Positions 50,641 to 59,142 are shown, numbered from the stretch's first letter. The stretch is 64,000 nucleotides of DNA from an uncultured delta proteobacterium (GCA_963808235.1 CAWEEQ010000002.1:128001-192000), one strand, 5' to 3'. Numbers and translations are program-made. The notes: generated by a model not told the origin, from the sequence alone.

Positions 50641-51294
50641 ATGGGTGACGTAACACTCTCGTTCGACAACGGTCCCAATCCCGAGGTCACCCCGCTGGTA
50701 CTCGACGTGCTCGCGCGCCGCGGGGTGAAGGCGTCGTTCTTCGTCCTTGGGATGCATCTCGAGTCGCGCGAGCGGATGAAACTTGCCGAGCGCGCGGCGG
50801 CCGAAGGGCATCGCGTCGGCAATCACTCATTCACCCATCGCGTGCCGCTCGGAATCGATCCCGCTCCCGATGCGGTCGAGCGGGAGATTGCCGCGACTGA
50901 GCGCGTCCTGGGCACGCTCGCGCAAAATCCGAAACTGTTTCGTCCGTTCGGCGGGGGCGGAAAGATAGGGCCTCATCTGCTCAGCCCGGCCGCGGTCGAG
51001 CACCTTACAGCCAACCATTACACCTGCGTGCTCTGGAACAGCGTGCCCGAGGATTGGATCGATCAAGATGCGTGGGTCGCGCGCGCGATTGCCGACGCCC
51101 GGTCGCGGAGCCACACTCTGGTCGTGATGCACGACATCCTGCCTCGCGCGATGAGCCATCTTGACGGATTCATCGGCGCGCTGCTGGACGAGGGCCATCG
51201 TATCGCCGATGAGTTCCCCCGCGACTGCGTTCCGATCGAGGGCGGCGAGATCGTCCGCGACATCTCGGGCTTCGTATCGCGCGGCGCCGCTTAG
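50641..51294 (+). CDS. Polysaccharide deacetylase family protein
   Basis: LSFDNGP, GNHSFTH, FRPFG, VMHD. Confidence 0.9.
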   Translation: MGDVTLSFDNGPNPEVTPLVLDVLARRGVKASFFVLGMHLESRERMKLAERAAAEGHRVGNHSFTHRVPLGIDPAPDAVEREIAATERVLGTLAQNPKLFRPFGGGGKIGPHLLSPAAVEHLTANHYTCVLWNSVPEDWIDQDAWVARAIADARSRSHTLVVMHDILPRAMSHLDGFIGALLDEGHRIADEFPRDCVPIEGGEIVRDISGFVSRGAA

Positions 51295-52069
51295 GAAATC
51301 TCGCTCGAGAACCGAATCGTCTTCTTCTTCAATCCTTCGAGCACCACCTCGACCCCGCCGCTCCGCATCATCCATTCCAGCCGATGGTCGCGGTATTGCC
51401 GTGCGAACGCTCCCGATTCCAAAACCTGCGGGAGCGAGCCCATCGATCCCGCGAATTGCTGCGCCGCCTCGAGCGTTTTGCGCACGCTCGGCCGCTCCTC
51501 GACGCGCGCCAGCCATCCGGCAAGCCGAGTGCCCGCCTTCGGCTCGACGCCCCAGACCACCGAGCCGCGTACGTGCGGGAAAACGCTTAAGTCGCCGTAT
51601 CCGAACGATGCGCCGTTGAAAAATTGCGCCGTGCCGAGTTCGCGTTCGAGCCACGCGTGCACACCCGCGGTCTGTTCGACTGCTTTTGCTTCGATTCGCT
51701 TCGCCGGCTCGCCGCTGACGCGTTTCCACGCCCGCACTTCCATCAAGCCCCAGTTGATCGCCTCGTAGTAAGTGTCGCAGACGTTTCGATCATTCTGACC
51801 CGCGCCCGCTCTCGCGGCGTTGGCGGCAACATCGCGGGCGCCGGCCATTTCTCTTCGATGTAATCGAGGATGATCGTCGAGTCGAAAATCGCAAAGCCGT
51901 CGTCGATCAGCGCGGGCACCTCGAGGCGCGGATTGGTTTTCGCAAACTCGGTCGGCGCACCGCTGAACGCGTCAGGCACTTCGACTTCGAAGGCGACGTT
52001 CTTTTCGTAAAGCGCGATCTTGACCTTTTGCACATACGGCGAGAACGGATGCTCATAAAGTTTGGGCAT
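51291..52069 (-). pseudogene. Glutathione S-transferase with a 1-bp frameshift near 51785
   Basis: The N-half (SPYVQKV, NPRLEVPAL, DSTII..RARVRMIE) and the C-half (VCDTYYEAINWG..GYGDL) are in different frames. Confidence 0.85.
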
Positions 52070-52135
52070 GACGACAACCTCCGGCGCCAATGATCAGTCT
52101 TTGCGGAACATAGCAGGTCTGTTAGCCTTTTGAGT

Positions 52136-52645
52136 ATGAGATCGTGGTTGCGGAGAGTATGGAGCCTTAACGGCGCCTTGGCTTTTGTCGTCGTCGTGGC
52201 GATTGCCTCATCGGCGTTCGCGTTCGATATCGGAAAGATCCTCAACAACAAACCCAAAGAGCCCGACCAGTTCGCGATCATCCGCGTCGATCGGCTCGCG
52301 TCACTGATGGCCGATTCGAACTCACACGTTAACATCTACGATGCGAACGGATGGGGCCTGCGCTCGCGTACCGGCGTGATTCCCGGAGCGCATCTTCTAA
52401 CCAGCGACGACAAGTATGATGTAGCCACCGAGTTGCCGTCCGACAAAAGCGCGAAGCTCGTCTTCTATTGCGCCGACTTGCATTGAACTGCGTCTCATGA
52501 AGCCGCCCGGCGGGCGGAAGCAGCGGGTTACAGCGACGTGAGCGTCATGAGCGACGGAATCCAGGGATGGAAGCAAGCGGGCAAGCAGGTTGACTATCCC
52601 GAGCTTGGCGCAAAGCAAGACGAACCAAAAAAACAGGACGATTGA
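52136..52645 (+). CDS. Secreted rhodanese-domain protein with in-frame UGA at 52484 (probable selenocysteine)
   Basis: IYDAN, GVIPGA, VFYCADLH-UGA-TASHEAARRAEAAGYSDVSVMSDGIQGWKQAG; the domain is completed only by read-through. Confidence 0.85.
52488..52523 (+). promoter_or_regulatory. Candidate bacterial SECIS element
   Basis: CCGCCC-GGC-GGGCGG hairpin 16 nt after the UGA, G-led loop, lower CTGC/GCAG pairing. Confidence 0.6.
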
Positions 52646-52697
52646 AGTTGTTGTCTGATCCTCGCGCGGGCTGACGGCGATTACATATAGTGTCGGC

Positions 52698-54497
52698 GTG
52701 CCGCGCGATACTTCAGAGCCTACCGCCGCGATCGAATCCACAGTTCCGCGCGAACTGACTCCGCGCAGCATTGGACTGGGAATCGCACTCGCGCTTGTTC
52801 TTGGCGCGGCGAATGCCTACCTGGGGCTCTACGCAGGGTTGACGGTTTCGGCGAGCATCCCGGCGGCCGTCATCTCGATGGCTATTTTGCGGATGCTGGG
52901 CGGGTCGACGATCCTCGAGAACAACGTGGTGCAGACGATCGCGTCGGCGGGAGAGGCCGTCGCGGCCGGCGCGATCTTCACTTTTCCCGCGCTCGTCATC
53001 CTGGGCGGAGTGAAGACGCTGCCCTACGTCGAAGTGACCGCGCTATGCGTCGTCGGCGCGACGATGGGCTCGTTGCTGGTGGTGTTTCTGCGCCGGGCAT
53101 ATATCGTAGAGGAGCGTTTGCCATTTCCGGAGGGCGTCGCGTGCGCGCAAGTACTTCGCGCCGGCGATGCGTCCGCGAACGTTCGCCCGCTCGTGCTAGG
53201 TGGCATCGTCTCGTCGTTATTGAAGGCACTTCAGGATCTGATCGGAGTCATTCCCGGCGCAGTGTCGGGTGCGCGATGGATCGGAACCGCAGCGTTTGCG
53301 GGCTCGATCGATATTTCCGCGGCGCTGCTCGGCGTCGGCTATATCATTGGCATCCGGATCGCGACGCTGGTTTTCGCGGGCGGCGCATTCGCATGGCTCA
53401 TCGCTATTCCATTTCTGACTGCGTCGCATCCGCAACTCGCAGCGCGCGATGCTGCGACCACTGCCTCCCAGTTGTGGAGCAGCCAGGTGCGTTACCTCGG
53501 CGTCGGTGCGATGCTCACCGGCGGCGTGGTCACGCTGTGGCGCTTGCGGATCCGAATCGGCGCCGCGATTGCCGATAGCATCCGCGTTGTCCGCTCGACT
53601 CAAGTCGTCGCCACCGCGCGCGAGGACACCGATCTTTCGCCGCGCGCTGTGCTGACCGCGGTTGCGCTCTGCGTGCCCGTGATCTTCGCGATCTGCCTCG
53701 GCCTCAGCGGGCAGATTGCACTCAGCGCGGCGCTGGCGATCCTGCTCACGCTGATTTGCTTCTTTGCGACTTCGATCGCCGGTTATCTGACCGGAATTGT
53801 CGGCGCGTCCAACAACCCGGTCTCCGGCGTAACGGTGATCGTGCTACTTGCGGTGGCGCTGTTTCTGAAATTCGTCGGCGTGTCGCAAACCGTCGGACCG
53901 CAACTCGCGATTCTTTCCGGCGCGATCGTATGCACGGCGGCTGCGATGGCCGGTGATTCGACGCACGACCTCGCAACTGGCTTCCACGTTGGCGCGACGC
54001 CGCGCTCGCTCGAGATTGGCGTGCTCGTCGGCGCGATCGCGTCATCGTTCCTGATGGCGCCGATTTTGAATCTTCTAATCGCCGGCTACGGAATCGCAGG
54101 CACCGCGACCGCGCGCGCCGGCGCGCTGGCGGCGCCGCAGGCATTTCTGATGGCGAAAGTTACTGAAGGCGTTTTTCACGGCGGCTTGCCGCTCGGAACG
54201 ATCGCGACGGGCGCGGCACTCGCCGCGATCCTGGGATTTACCGACCGCTATCTCGAGCGCGCCGGCTCCAGTTGGCGTACGCCGATCATGCCCGTCGCGA
54301 TCGGTTTGTATCTGCCGTTCGGATTAGGCGTAACGATTTTTCTCGGCGCGCTGGTTCATTCGATCTTTGGATCCGAAAACGCCGACGAAAGCGGTCCGGG
54401 AATTTTGCTCGCGGCCGGCCTGGTCGCGGGCGAAGCACTGATGGGTGTGGCGAGCGGCGCGCTTGTGACCGCGGGAATCCGGCTGCCGCTCTTTTGA
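52698..54497 (+). CDS. OPT family oligopeptide transporter
   Basis: NAYLGLYAGLTVSASIP, ENN..QT, LPFPEG, SNNPVSG, APQA. Confidence 0.93.
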   Translation: MPRDTSEPTAAIESTVPRELTPRSIGLGIALALVLGAANAYLGLYAGLTVSASIPAAVISMAILRMLGGSTILENNVVQTIASAGEAVAAGAIFTFPALVILGGVKTLPYVEVTALCVVGATMGSLLVVFLRRAYIVEERLPFPEGVACAQVLRAGDASANVRPLVLGGIVSSLLKALQDLIGVIPGAVSGARWIGTAAFAGSIDISAALLGVGYIIGIRIATLVFAGGAFAWLIAIPFLTASHPQLAARDAATTASQLWSSQVRYLGVGAMLTGGVVTLWRLRIRIGAAIADSIRVVRSTQVVATAREDTDLSPRAVLTAVALCVPVIFAICLGLSGQIALSAALAILLTLICFFATSIAGYLTGIVGASNNPVSGVTVIVLLAVALFLKFVGVSQTVGPQLAILSGAIVCTAAAMAGDSTHDLATGFHVGATPRSLEIGVLVGAIASSFLMAPILNLLIAGYGIAGTATARAGALAAPQAFLMAKVTEGVFHGGLPLGTIATGAALAAILGFTDRYLERAGSSWRTPIMPVAIGLYLPFGLGVTIFLGALVHSIFGSENADESGPGILLAAGLVAGEALMGVASGALVTAGIRLPLF

Positions 54498-54787
54498 TTG
54501 ACGGGAGATCCACTATGCCGCGCTTTGCGTTTTCGTCGCGGCGCAGTTTTTCTCCCCGTCGATCTTTCTTGCATCGGCACAAACTCCGGTGTCGCAGCTC
54601 TCGGTGCGCGAGACCAGCGTGGTCCGCTTCGTACCGTCGGTGCCGTCGGGTGAAGCGTGCGAGGGCTCGTGCTGGATCTGGAGCAGCAGCGGCGGAGAAA
54701 GTTCCGGTTAAGACGATCTGGAAGTGAAAGAGTTCACGTAAAAGCCGGTCGCGCGTCGGCGCGCGGTTGCGCGACGGGACGACCTTT

Positions 54788-55645
54788 TCATTGCGCGATC
54801 CAAATAGGCGCGCTTGCGAAAAGATGGTCGACGATCCCGATATGATAGGCGAGAAAGAGGCCGAAGCCGAAGCTTAGAAGTCCCGAGCCGGTCACGAGTC
54901 CCTGGTGCAGCCACGAAACTCTTCGCGACGCTACCACGAACGGCGCGGCGATCGTGGCAGTAATCAGTGCCATGCCGATTATCGTTCCGACGCAGAAAAT
55001 CGCGAGATAAATAGTCGCCCACAACGGTTGTGGAATCGCGCTCAACACGAGCAGCGCGATCGCCGCGCTGCCGGCGAGCCCGTGAACGAGCCCCACTCCG
55101 AATGATTTGAGCAGTGGCCGGTGCGATCCGAATGTCGGCAGCGTCTTGGAGTCGATGCGATGATCCCGGTGAGTTACCGTGTGCGCATCTTCGCCGCCGT
55201 CGATATGAACGTGAGGATGCGAATGCTCCGTTTCGCCATGAGTGTGAAGATGCGCATGGACTATCAGATGTTCGTGCAGATGTTCGTCGGAGTCTTTGTT
55301 ACGCGACGAAGATCCAGTCACCCGCGCCGCGAATTTACGGATCAAGCTTGTTGCCGCTCCGAACCCGAGCAGTATCAAAACAATCGCAACCGCGAATTCC
55401 ATCGCGAGTCCGAGGCGAGTCGGAATCGCAATTTTGAAAACGATAATCGCGGCGCCCACCAGCATCACCGTGAGCGTGTGGCCAAGACCCCATACGACAC
55501 CGATCCGAGCGGCCGTCATCAGGCGCCGCTCGCGGCTCAGGATCGTCGTGACCGCGATGACATGATCGGGATCGGTCGCATGGCGCATACCGAGCACCAG
55601 TCCTAGGACCGCAATTCCAAGTGGCGCGGCATGAGCGGGATTCAT
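54788..55645 (-). CDS. Nickel/cobalt transporter (NiCoT/UreH-like)
   Basis: GMRHATDPDH, WGLGH, His-rich loop, GLVHGLAGS. Confidence 0.88.
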   Translation of the reverse strand: MNPAHAAPLGIAVLGLVLGMRHATDPDHVIAVTTILSRERRLMTAARIGVVWGLGHTLTVMLVGAAIIVFKIAIPTRLGLAMEFAVAIVLILLGFGAATSLIRKFAARVTGSSSRNKDSDEHLHEHLIVHAHLHTHGETEHSHPHVHIDGGEDAHTVTHRDHRIDSKTLPTFGSHRPLLKSFGVGLVHGLAGSAAIALLVLSAIPQPLWATIYLAIFCVGTIIGMALITATIAAPFVVASRRVSWLHQGLVTGSGLLSFGFGLFLAYHIGIVDHLFASAPIWIAQ

Positions 55646-55677
55646 CACATGAATTTGCGGATTTCGAAGGTCTAATT

Positions 55678-55721
55678 TGGTGGACGCACCTGGACTCGAA
55701 CCAGGGACCTCTTGCATGTGA
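55678..55721 (-). mobile_element. 3' half of tRNA-Val(CAC); att junction at the left end of a genomic island
   Basis: Minus strand TCACATGCAAGAGGTCCCTGGTTCGAGTCCAGGTGCGTCCACCA; no D arm or 5' acceptor strand upstream. Confidence 0.85.
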
Positions 55722-55868
55722 GTTGTGCAACCTTGCGTAAACGCCAGAATAGTCTGATATCGCTCGATAGCGCTACAAGGTAGCGAAAGCGCTGTGGCAG
55801 AAGGGTTTTCTGTGCACGACTAAAGTGCGACCATCAGTTACAGAGTACTTTCGATTGATCTCCGGTTG

Positions 55869-55909
55869 GGGCACAGAATCGGGCACAGAGGGCACAAAAT
55901 TGGGCACAG
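55869..55909. repeat. Four GGGCACA direct repeats; tyrosine-integrase arm-type sites
   Basis: GGGCACAGAATCGGGCACAGAGGGCACAAAATTGGGCACAG, about 150 bp inside the att core. Confidence 0.75.
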
Positions 55910-55928
55910 CAAATCGGACGCCGGCGCG

Positions 55929-56810
55929 TCACATCCACGAAGCCTTCTGCGGATCCCAGCGGCCGGTCGCGCGGCCGGCCAGCACAGGATCGAGCAGCGC
56001 CGCCGCTTGCGCATAGCCCCGACGCAGGTCCGGATCGAGACCAACTTCGTTGGCCAGCTTCCGGTATGGGACCGCCCATTCGGGCGGCGGTGGCGGGAAC
56101 CGATCCGGAAGACCATGTTGACGCCTTCCCTCAAAAACTCCTTCGAGCGCACTGCGAAGGCGAGCGGCGTCCAGCACCATGAGTTGTTTCACGAGGACAA
56201 GATCGACGAGATCTTTTGCGCGACTGCTCCGGCGACCTTGGCCGTAGGTTTTTGTGTATGCGTGGACCTTCTCCGCGATGTGTTGCTCAAGCGGCAGGAC
56301 TGGCACTTCGATCGGTTCGATGTCGGCGAACGCCAGTAGATCCTGTCCGCGAATCGGTTCGGGCTTCCATTTCAGCGAGTCTGAAAACCCGATATCGACC
56401 ATGACTTCCTCGAACCGCCTGCCTGCGAGTTCGGCTCGGACGCGGTATCTCACCGCGAGACCTTCAACCTCTTTACCCGGCGCTCCGACCTTTTCTATGT
56501 CGAAGGTAAAGTAGTCGTCGATCTCGACAGCTTGGGCGGCTATGAAGTCAGCGGTGGCCGCCGTCTCGTCGTCGCGGTGAAAGATATCCATGTCCTTCGT
56601 GGTCCGCGTCCGTTCTCCCATCCGGAAGTCGAGGGCCAGCGCTCCCTTAAGAACCCAGCGGCCTGGCGCGGCGATCGCGAGACGAAAGAGAAGGCGGTCA
56701 AAGACGACGGCCTTTCGCAGCCGGACAAGGGAAATGCCCTTGTCACGCGATCGCGTGAGCAGACGCTGCTCAAGTGCTTGACGAAATGCGGCTCCGCTTT
56801 GGTACTTCAT
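55929..56810 (-). CDS. Type IV TA nucleotidyltransferase toxin, AbiEii/AbiGii family
   Basis: VLKGALAL, RTTKDMD, AEKVHA, SRAKDLVD; start overlaps the antitoxin stop. Confidence 0.9.
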   Translation of the reverse strand: MKYQSGAAFRQALEQRLLTRSRDKGISLVRLRKAVVFDRLLFRLAIAAPGRWVLKGALALDFRMGERTRTTKDMDIFHRDDETAATADFIAAQAVEIDDYFTFDIEKVGAPGKEVEGLAVRYRVRAELAGRRFEEVMVDIGFSDSLKWKPEPIRGQDLLAFADIEPIEVPVLPLEQHIAEKVHAYTKTYGQGRRSSRAKDLVDLVLVKQLMVLDAARLRSALEGVFEGRRQHGLPDRFPPPPPEWAVPYRKLANEVGLDPDLRRGYAQAAALLDPVLAGRATGRWDPQKASWM

Positions 56811-57427
56811 TTGCGGTGTCGCGCCTCGAGAACTTGTCGAACAAGGCGCTCGACTCGACCTCCACGCGTCTTCGCAACCCCGAGGAGTTTTGATTCGGTT
56901 GCCATGCCTCGGTCGAGTGCCTGGCCGACTGCGGCCATTATCTGCTCCGGGGCGGTTCCCGCTTGGGCCGCGTCGATGATCGAGCGCGCCGGTGCGGTCA
57001 CTCGAACTCCGTCGCGCACCACGACGTCGGACTTGGCAAGGCGCCGCGTTGTCGTGTGTATCGCGACGCCCAGAGATGCGAAGCGATAGCGCCTCGCTCG
57101 GGGGACGGTAAGGTGAACGACCTCGGGCACCACGTCGGAAAGCCCGAGGATGTCGAGCGCGCTTTCATGCGATACAACGGTGTTCTCTCTTCCCGACCCA
57201 AGCCACGCCGCGATCACGTCTTCGCGGGGTGAACTCGGGTATTCGCGAATGCGGTAGAGGCCCTGACGGACTCGGGAAAAGCGGCCTGATTTGGCATGAT
57301 GCGCCAGTAGCGATTTACTAAAGCCGCACGAATGCGCCTGAGCGGCAGTGAAATATCCCCCCTGCTCAGAGGCGATTTCGAAGAGCTGTGCGCGCCGCGA
57401 CTTTGATTCGAGATCATTGTCACGCAT
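56807..57427 (-). CDS. Type IV TA antitoxin, AbiEi family
   Basis: QGGYFTAAQA, RVRQGLYR, VVSHESAL, HLTVP, VTAPARSIID. Confidence 0.9.
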   Translation of the reverse strand: MRDNDLESKSRRAQLFEIASEQGGYFTAAQAHSCGFSKSLLAHHAKSGRFSRVRQGLYRIREYPSSPREDVIAAWLGSGRENTVVSHESALDILGLSDVVPEVVHLTVPRARRYRFASLGVAIHTTTRRLAKSDVVVRDGVRVTAPARSIIDAAQAGTAPEQIMAAVGQALDRGMATESKLLGVAKTRGGRVERLVRQVLEARHRK

Positions 57428-57434
57428 AGGTCAA

Positions 57435-57462
57435 ATGATACTTGACTTTATCATGACATCAA
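57435..57462 (-). promoter_or_regulatory. sigma70-type promoter of the abiE operon (leaderless), overlapped by an imperfect inverted repeat
   Basis: TTGATG-16-TATCAT-7-ATG; TTGA...TCAA repeat at 57442-57462. Confidence 0.6.
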
Positions 57463-57511
57463 ATACTGCAACAGATTGTTCAGGCTTCGGAGCTTGTTTC
57501 TCGAAAATGAA

Positions 57512-57532
57512 TGTTCCACGTTACGTGGAACA
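57512..57532. repeat. 21-bp palindrome resembling parS with a 5-bp central insertion
   Basis: TGTTCCACGT-T-ACGTGGAACA. Confidence 0.7.
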
Positions 57533-57679
57533 GCAGGTTTCGCGCATCGCAGCGGCGCATTCGCCGCTCGACGAATGACGGCGACGACTCCAGAGGGTAT
57601 TGAACGACATCAATCCTTACGCCGATTCACTTCTATTCATGGCAACCTGAATTAGGCCTCAACTAGGACAGGAAAAGCG

Positions 57680-57871
57680 ATTACTGAAACATGTAAGTTA
57701 TGCGGTGAGGAATCGACACCGTGGGAATACATCGACGTGCTCGACGGTCACGTGTGCGCGGACTGCAGCTACCGGCTGGCTGCGCTGTTCGCGAATGATG
57801 GGTCGCTATCACGGGCCGACCTGCTTGCGGTGTACGGAACCGAAGCCCGGAAGAAGGCGGACTTGCCATGA
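57680..57871 (+). CDS. Small CxxC...CxxC zinc-finger protein with ATT start (or decayed start)
   Basis: (M)TETCKLCGEESTPWEYIDVLDGHVCADCSYRLAALF...; AGGA 6 nt upstream; not in the ORF track. Confidence 0.5.
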   Translation: MTETCKLCGEESTPWEYIDVLDGHVCADCSYRLAALFANDGSLSRADLLAVYGTEARKKADLP

Positions 57872-57939
57872 GGCGGTTGGAGATGCTCGCTTTGATCTGA
57901 TCTCACTTCAATGTGGCCGCGCTCACGTGAGCGCGGAAA

Positions 57940-58014
57940 CGAAATGGCATACGCAGAGGACTTAAAATCCTCTGGAGCGAAAGCTCCGTGCGGGTTCGAG
58001 TCCCGCCCCCGGCA
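57940..58014 (+). pseudogene. tRNA-Leu(TAA) lacking its first ~10 nt (att-type fragment)
   Basis: D loop, GAGGA-CTTAAAA-TCCTC, GGAGC-GAAA-GCTCC variable arm, T arm and 3' CCCCGGCA present; the 5' GCCGGGG is absent. Confidence 0.8.
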
Positions 58015-58072
58015 ATTGAAAATTAAGGGTTTTCTGGCGAGTCGTCGCTGCAAGCGGGACTAGTCTGCGCCG

Positions 58073-58096
58073 TTGACAGCCACGTTTGACAGCCAC
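58073..58096. repeat. Tandem TTGACAGCCAC x2; second arm-type site array
   Basis: TTGACAGCCAC-GT-TTGACAGCCAC, about 60 bp after the tRNA-Leu 3' end. Confidence 0.7.
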
Positions 58097-58134
58097 GGGT
58101 TCGCGGATTCTGTTGCTAGACTAGGTTCGCAACG

Positions 58135-58367
58135 TAGGGGTCGAGAGTTCAAATCCCCTCTGCTCCACACCTCAGTCTCCAGGGTTTCGGACATGGCGGA
58201 GAATCGATCGAAATCCGCGCGTGTGCGCGCGAATTGCGCACATGTGCGGACCCGGAGAATATCTCTGTCGCCCAGAATTGGCCTAATCTGGCGAAACCTA
58301 TCCCGGCGCGATTAGCCTAGGTCCGCGGATCATCGCCATGCATTCGCCTTTTCTTTTTCAGCGCTCC
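58135..58367 (+). repeat. ~230-bp direct repeat, copy 1, headed by a tRNA-Ala-like 3' end
   Basis: Colinear with 63601-63824, e.g. GCGCACATGTGCGGACCCGGAGAAT, AATCTGGCGAAACCTATC, CTAGGTCCGCGGATCATCGCCATG, TTTTTCAGCGCTCC. Confidence 0.92.
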
Positions 58368-58530
58368 GCCAGCTTAGAATCAGGAATCTCCAAATGCACG
58401 GGTCGCGGGTCGAGTTGGTTTTTAGGGTCAAAGGTAAGCTCCTCGCCACTGACCTGCCGCCCGAATTTCTCGGAACGCGCAACCAATGGCAGCCAATCCA
58501 AGTGCGCAACCTTGACGTATGTATAGACGG
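58358..58530 (-). pseudogene. Possible 3' remnant of an unidentified gene
   Basis: YVKVAHLDWLPLVARSEKFGRQVSGEELTFDPKNQLDPRPVHLEIP reads as protein-like; no credible start. Confidence 0.3.
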
Positions 58531-58656
58531 TAGTGTTAAGTGGCAGGGACTGACTTGTCTGTGGCTTAGTTTCCGAAGACAATCTGCCACCTCTTGCAGA
58601 GATGCGCTCAGGTAATGCCGATGCCGCGTGGGCAAGGCGGTTTCGCGGGAGGGTTC

Positions 58657-59124
58657 GTGCGTCTGAAAAAAGGGTTTCTGCTGATCTTATTCTTAGCCTT
58701 GACATCCTGCGCTTCCAACAACTCCACTCCGACGCCGCCGAGATCCCAAAGCAACGCCGGACAGGCTGTATCAAAAAAAGACACGGAAACAATCCAGTCG
58801 GCATCGGGCGAGAAGTGCATCATAGATGAGAAGAGAATCTGCGAAGAGGGGGCGGCGGGAGTAGCGAACGATCCCTTCGGCGCTGACAACAGCGAGGACA
58901 TACGTGAACGAATCGCCTCGGGTGATGATACGGGCGGGTCGAAAACCTACACCTCGACGCTGCGCTATGGAGTCTCTCTTCTTCAAGGGGAGCGACCGGT
59001 GAATTTGTTTTGCGGCATGAACATGCACCAACGCGCGTTTGCTTACGGTCAATTGTCTACGAGCGGCACCCCCACCGATACAGATGTCGCAAAGCTGCGC
59101 GCCGGGGGGTACTGCTCCAACTAA
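58657..59124 (+). CDS. Hypothetical lipoprotein with four further Cys
   Basis: SD GGGAGG before GTG; lipobox LTSC. Confidence 0.75.
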   Translation: MRLKKGFLLILFLALTSCASNNSTPTPPRSQSNAGQAVSKKDTETIQSASGEKCIIDEKRICEEGAAGVANDPFGADNSEDIRERIASGDDTGGSKTYTSTLRYGVSLLQGERPVNLFCGMNMHQRAFAYGQLSTSGTPTDTDVAKLRAGGYCSN

Positions 59125-59142
59125 GACTGGAGGAGGCCAGCT

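Noticed and set aside
54515-54727. Small ORF, or a tmRNA-like tag ending AA-stop on the minus strand
   Set aside because: No tmRNA termini are present. It may be a decayed secreted-protein gene (SD plus a signal-like segment in a shifted frame), but it cannot be assigned.
55678-55735. Intact tRNA-Val or intron-split tRNA
   Set aside because: No 5' half or intron core was found nearby, and the arm-type repeats favour an att fragment.
55869-58096. Short direct repeats as a CRISPR array
   Set aside because: Units are 7-11 bp with no 25-45 bp spacers and no cas genes; the CHAT gene has no Cas7-11 neighbour in the window.
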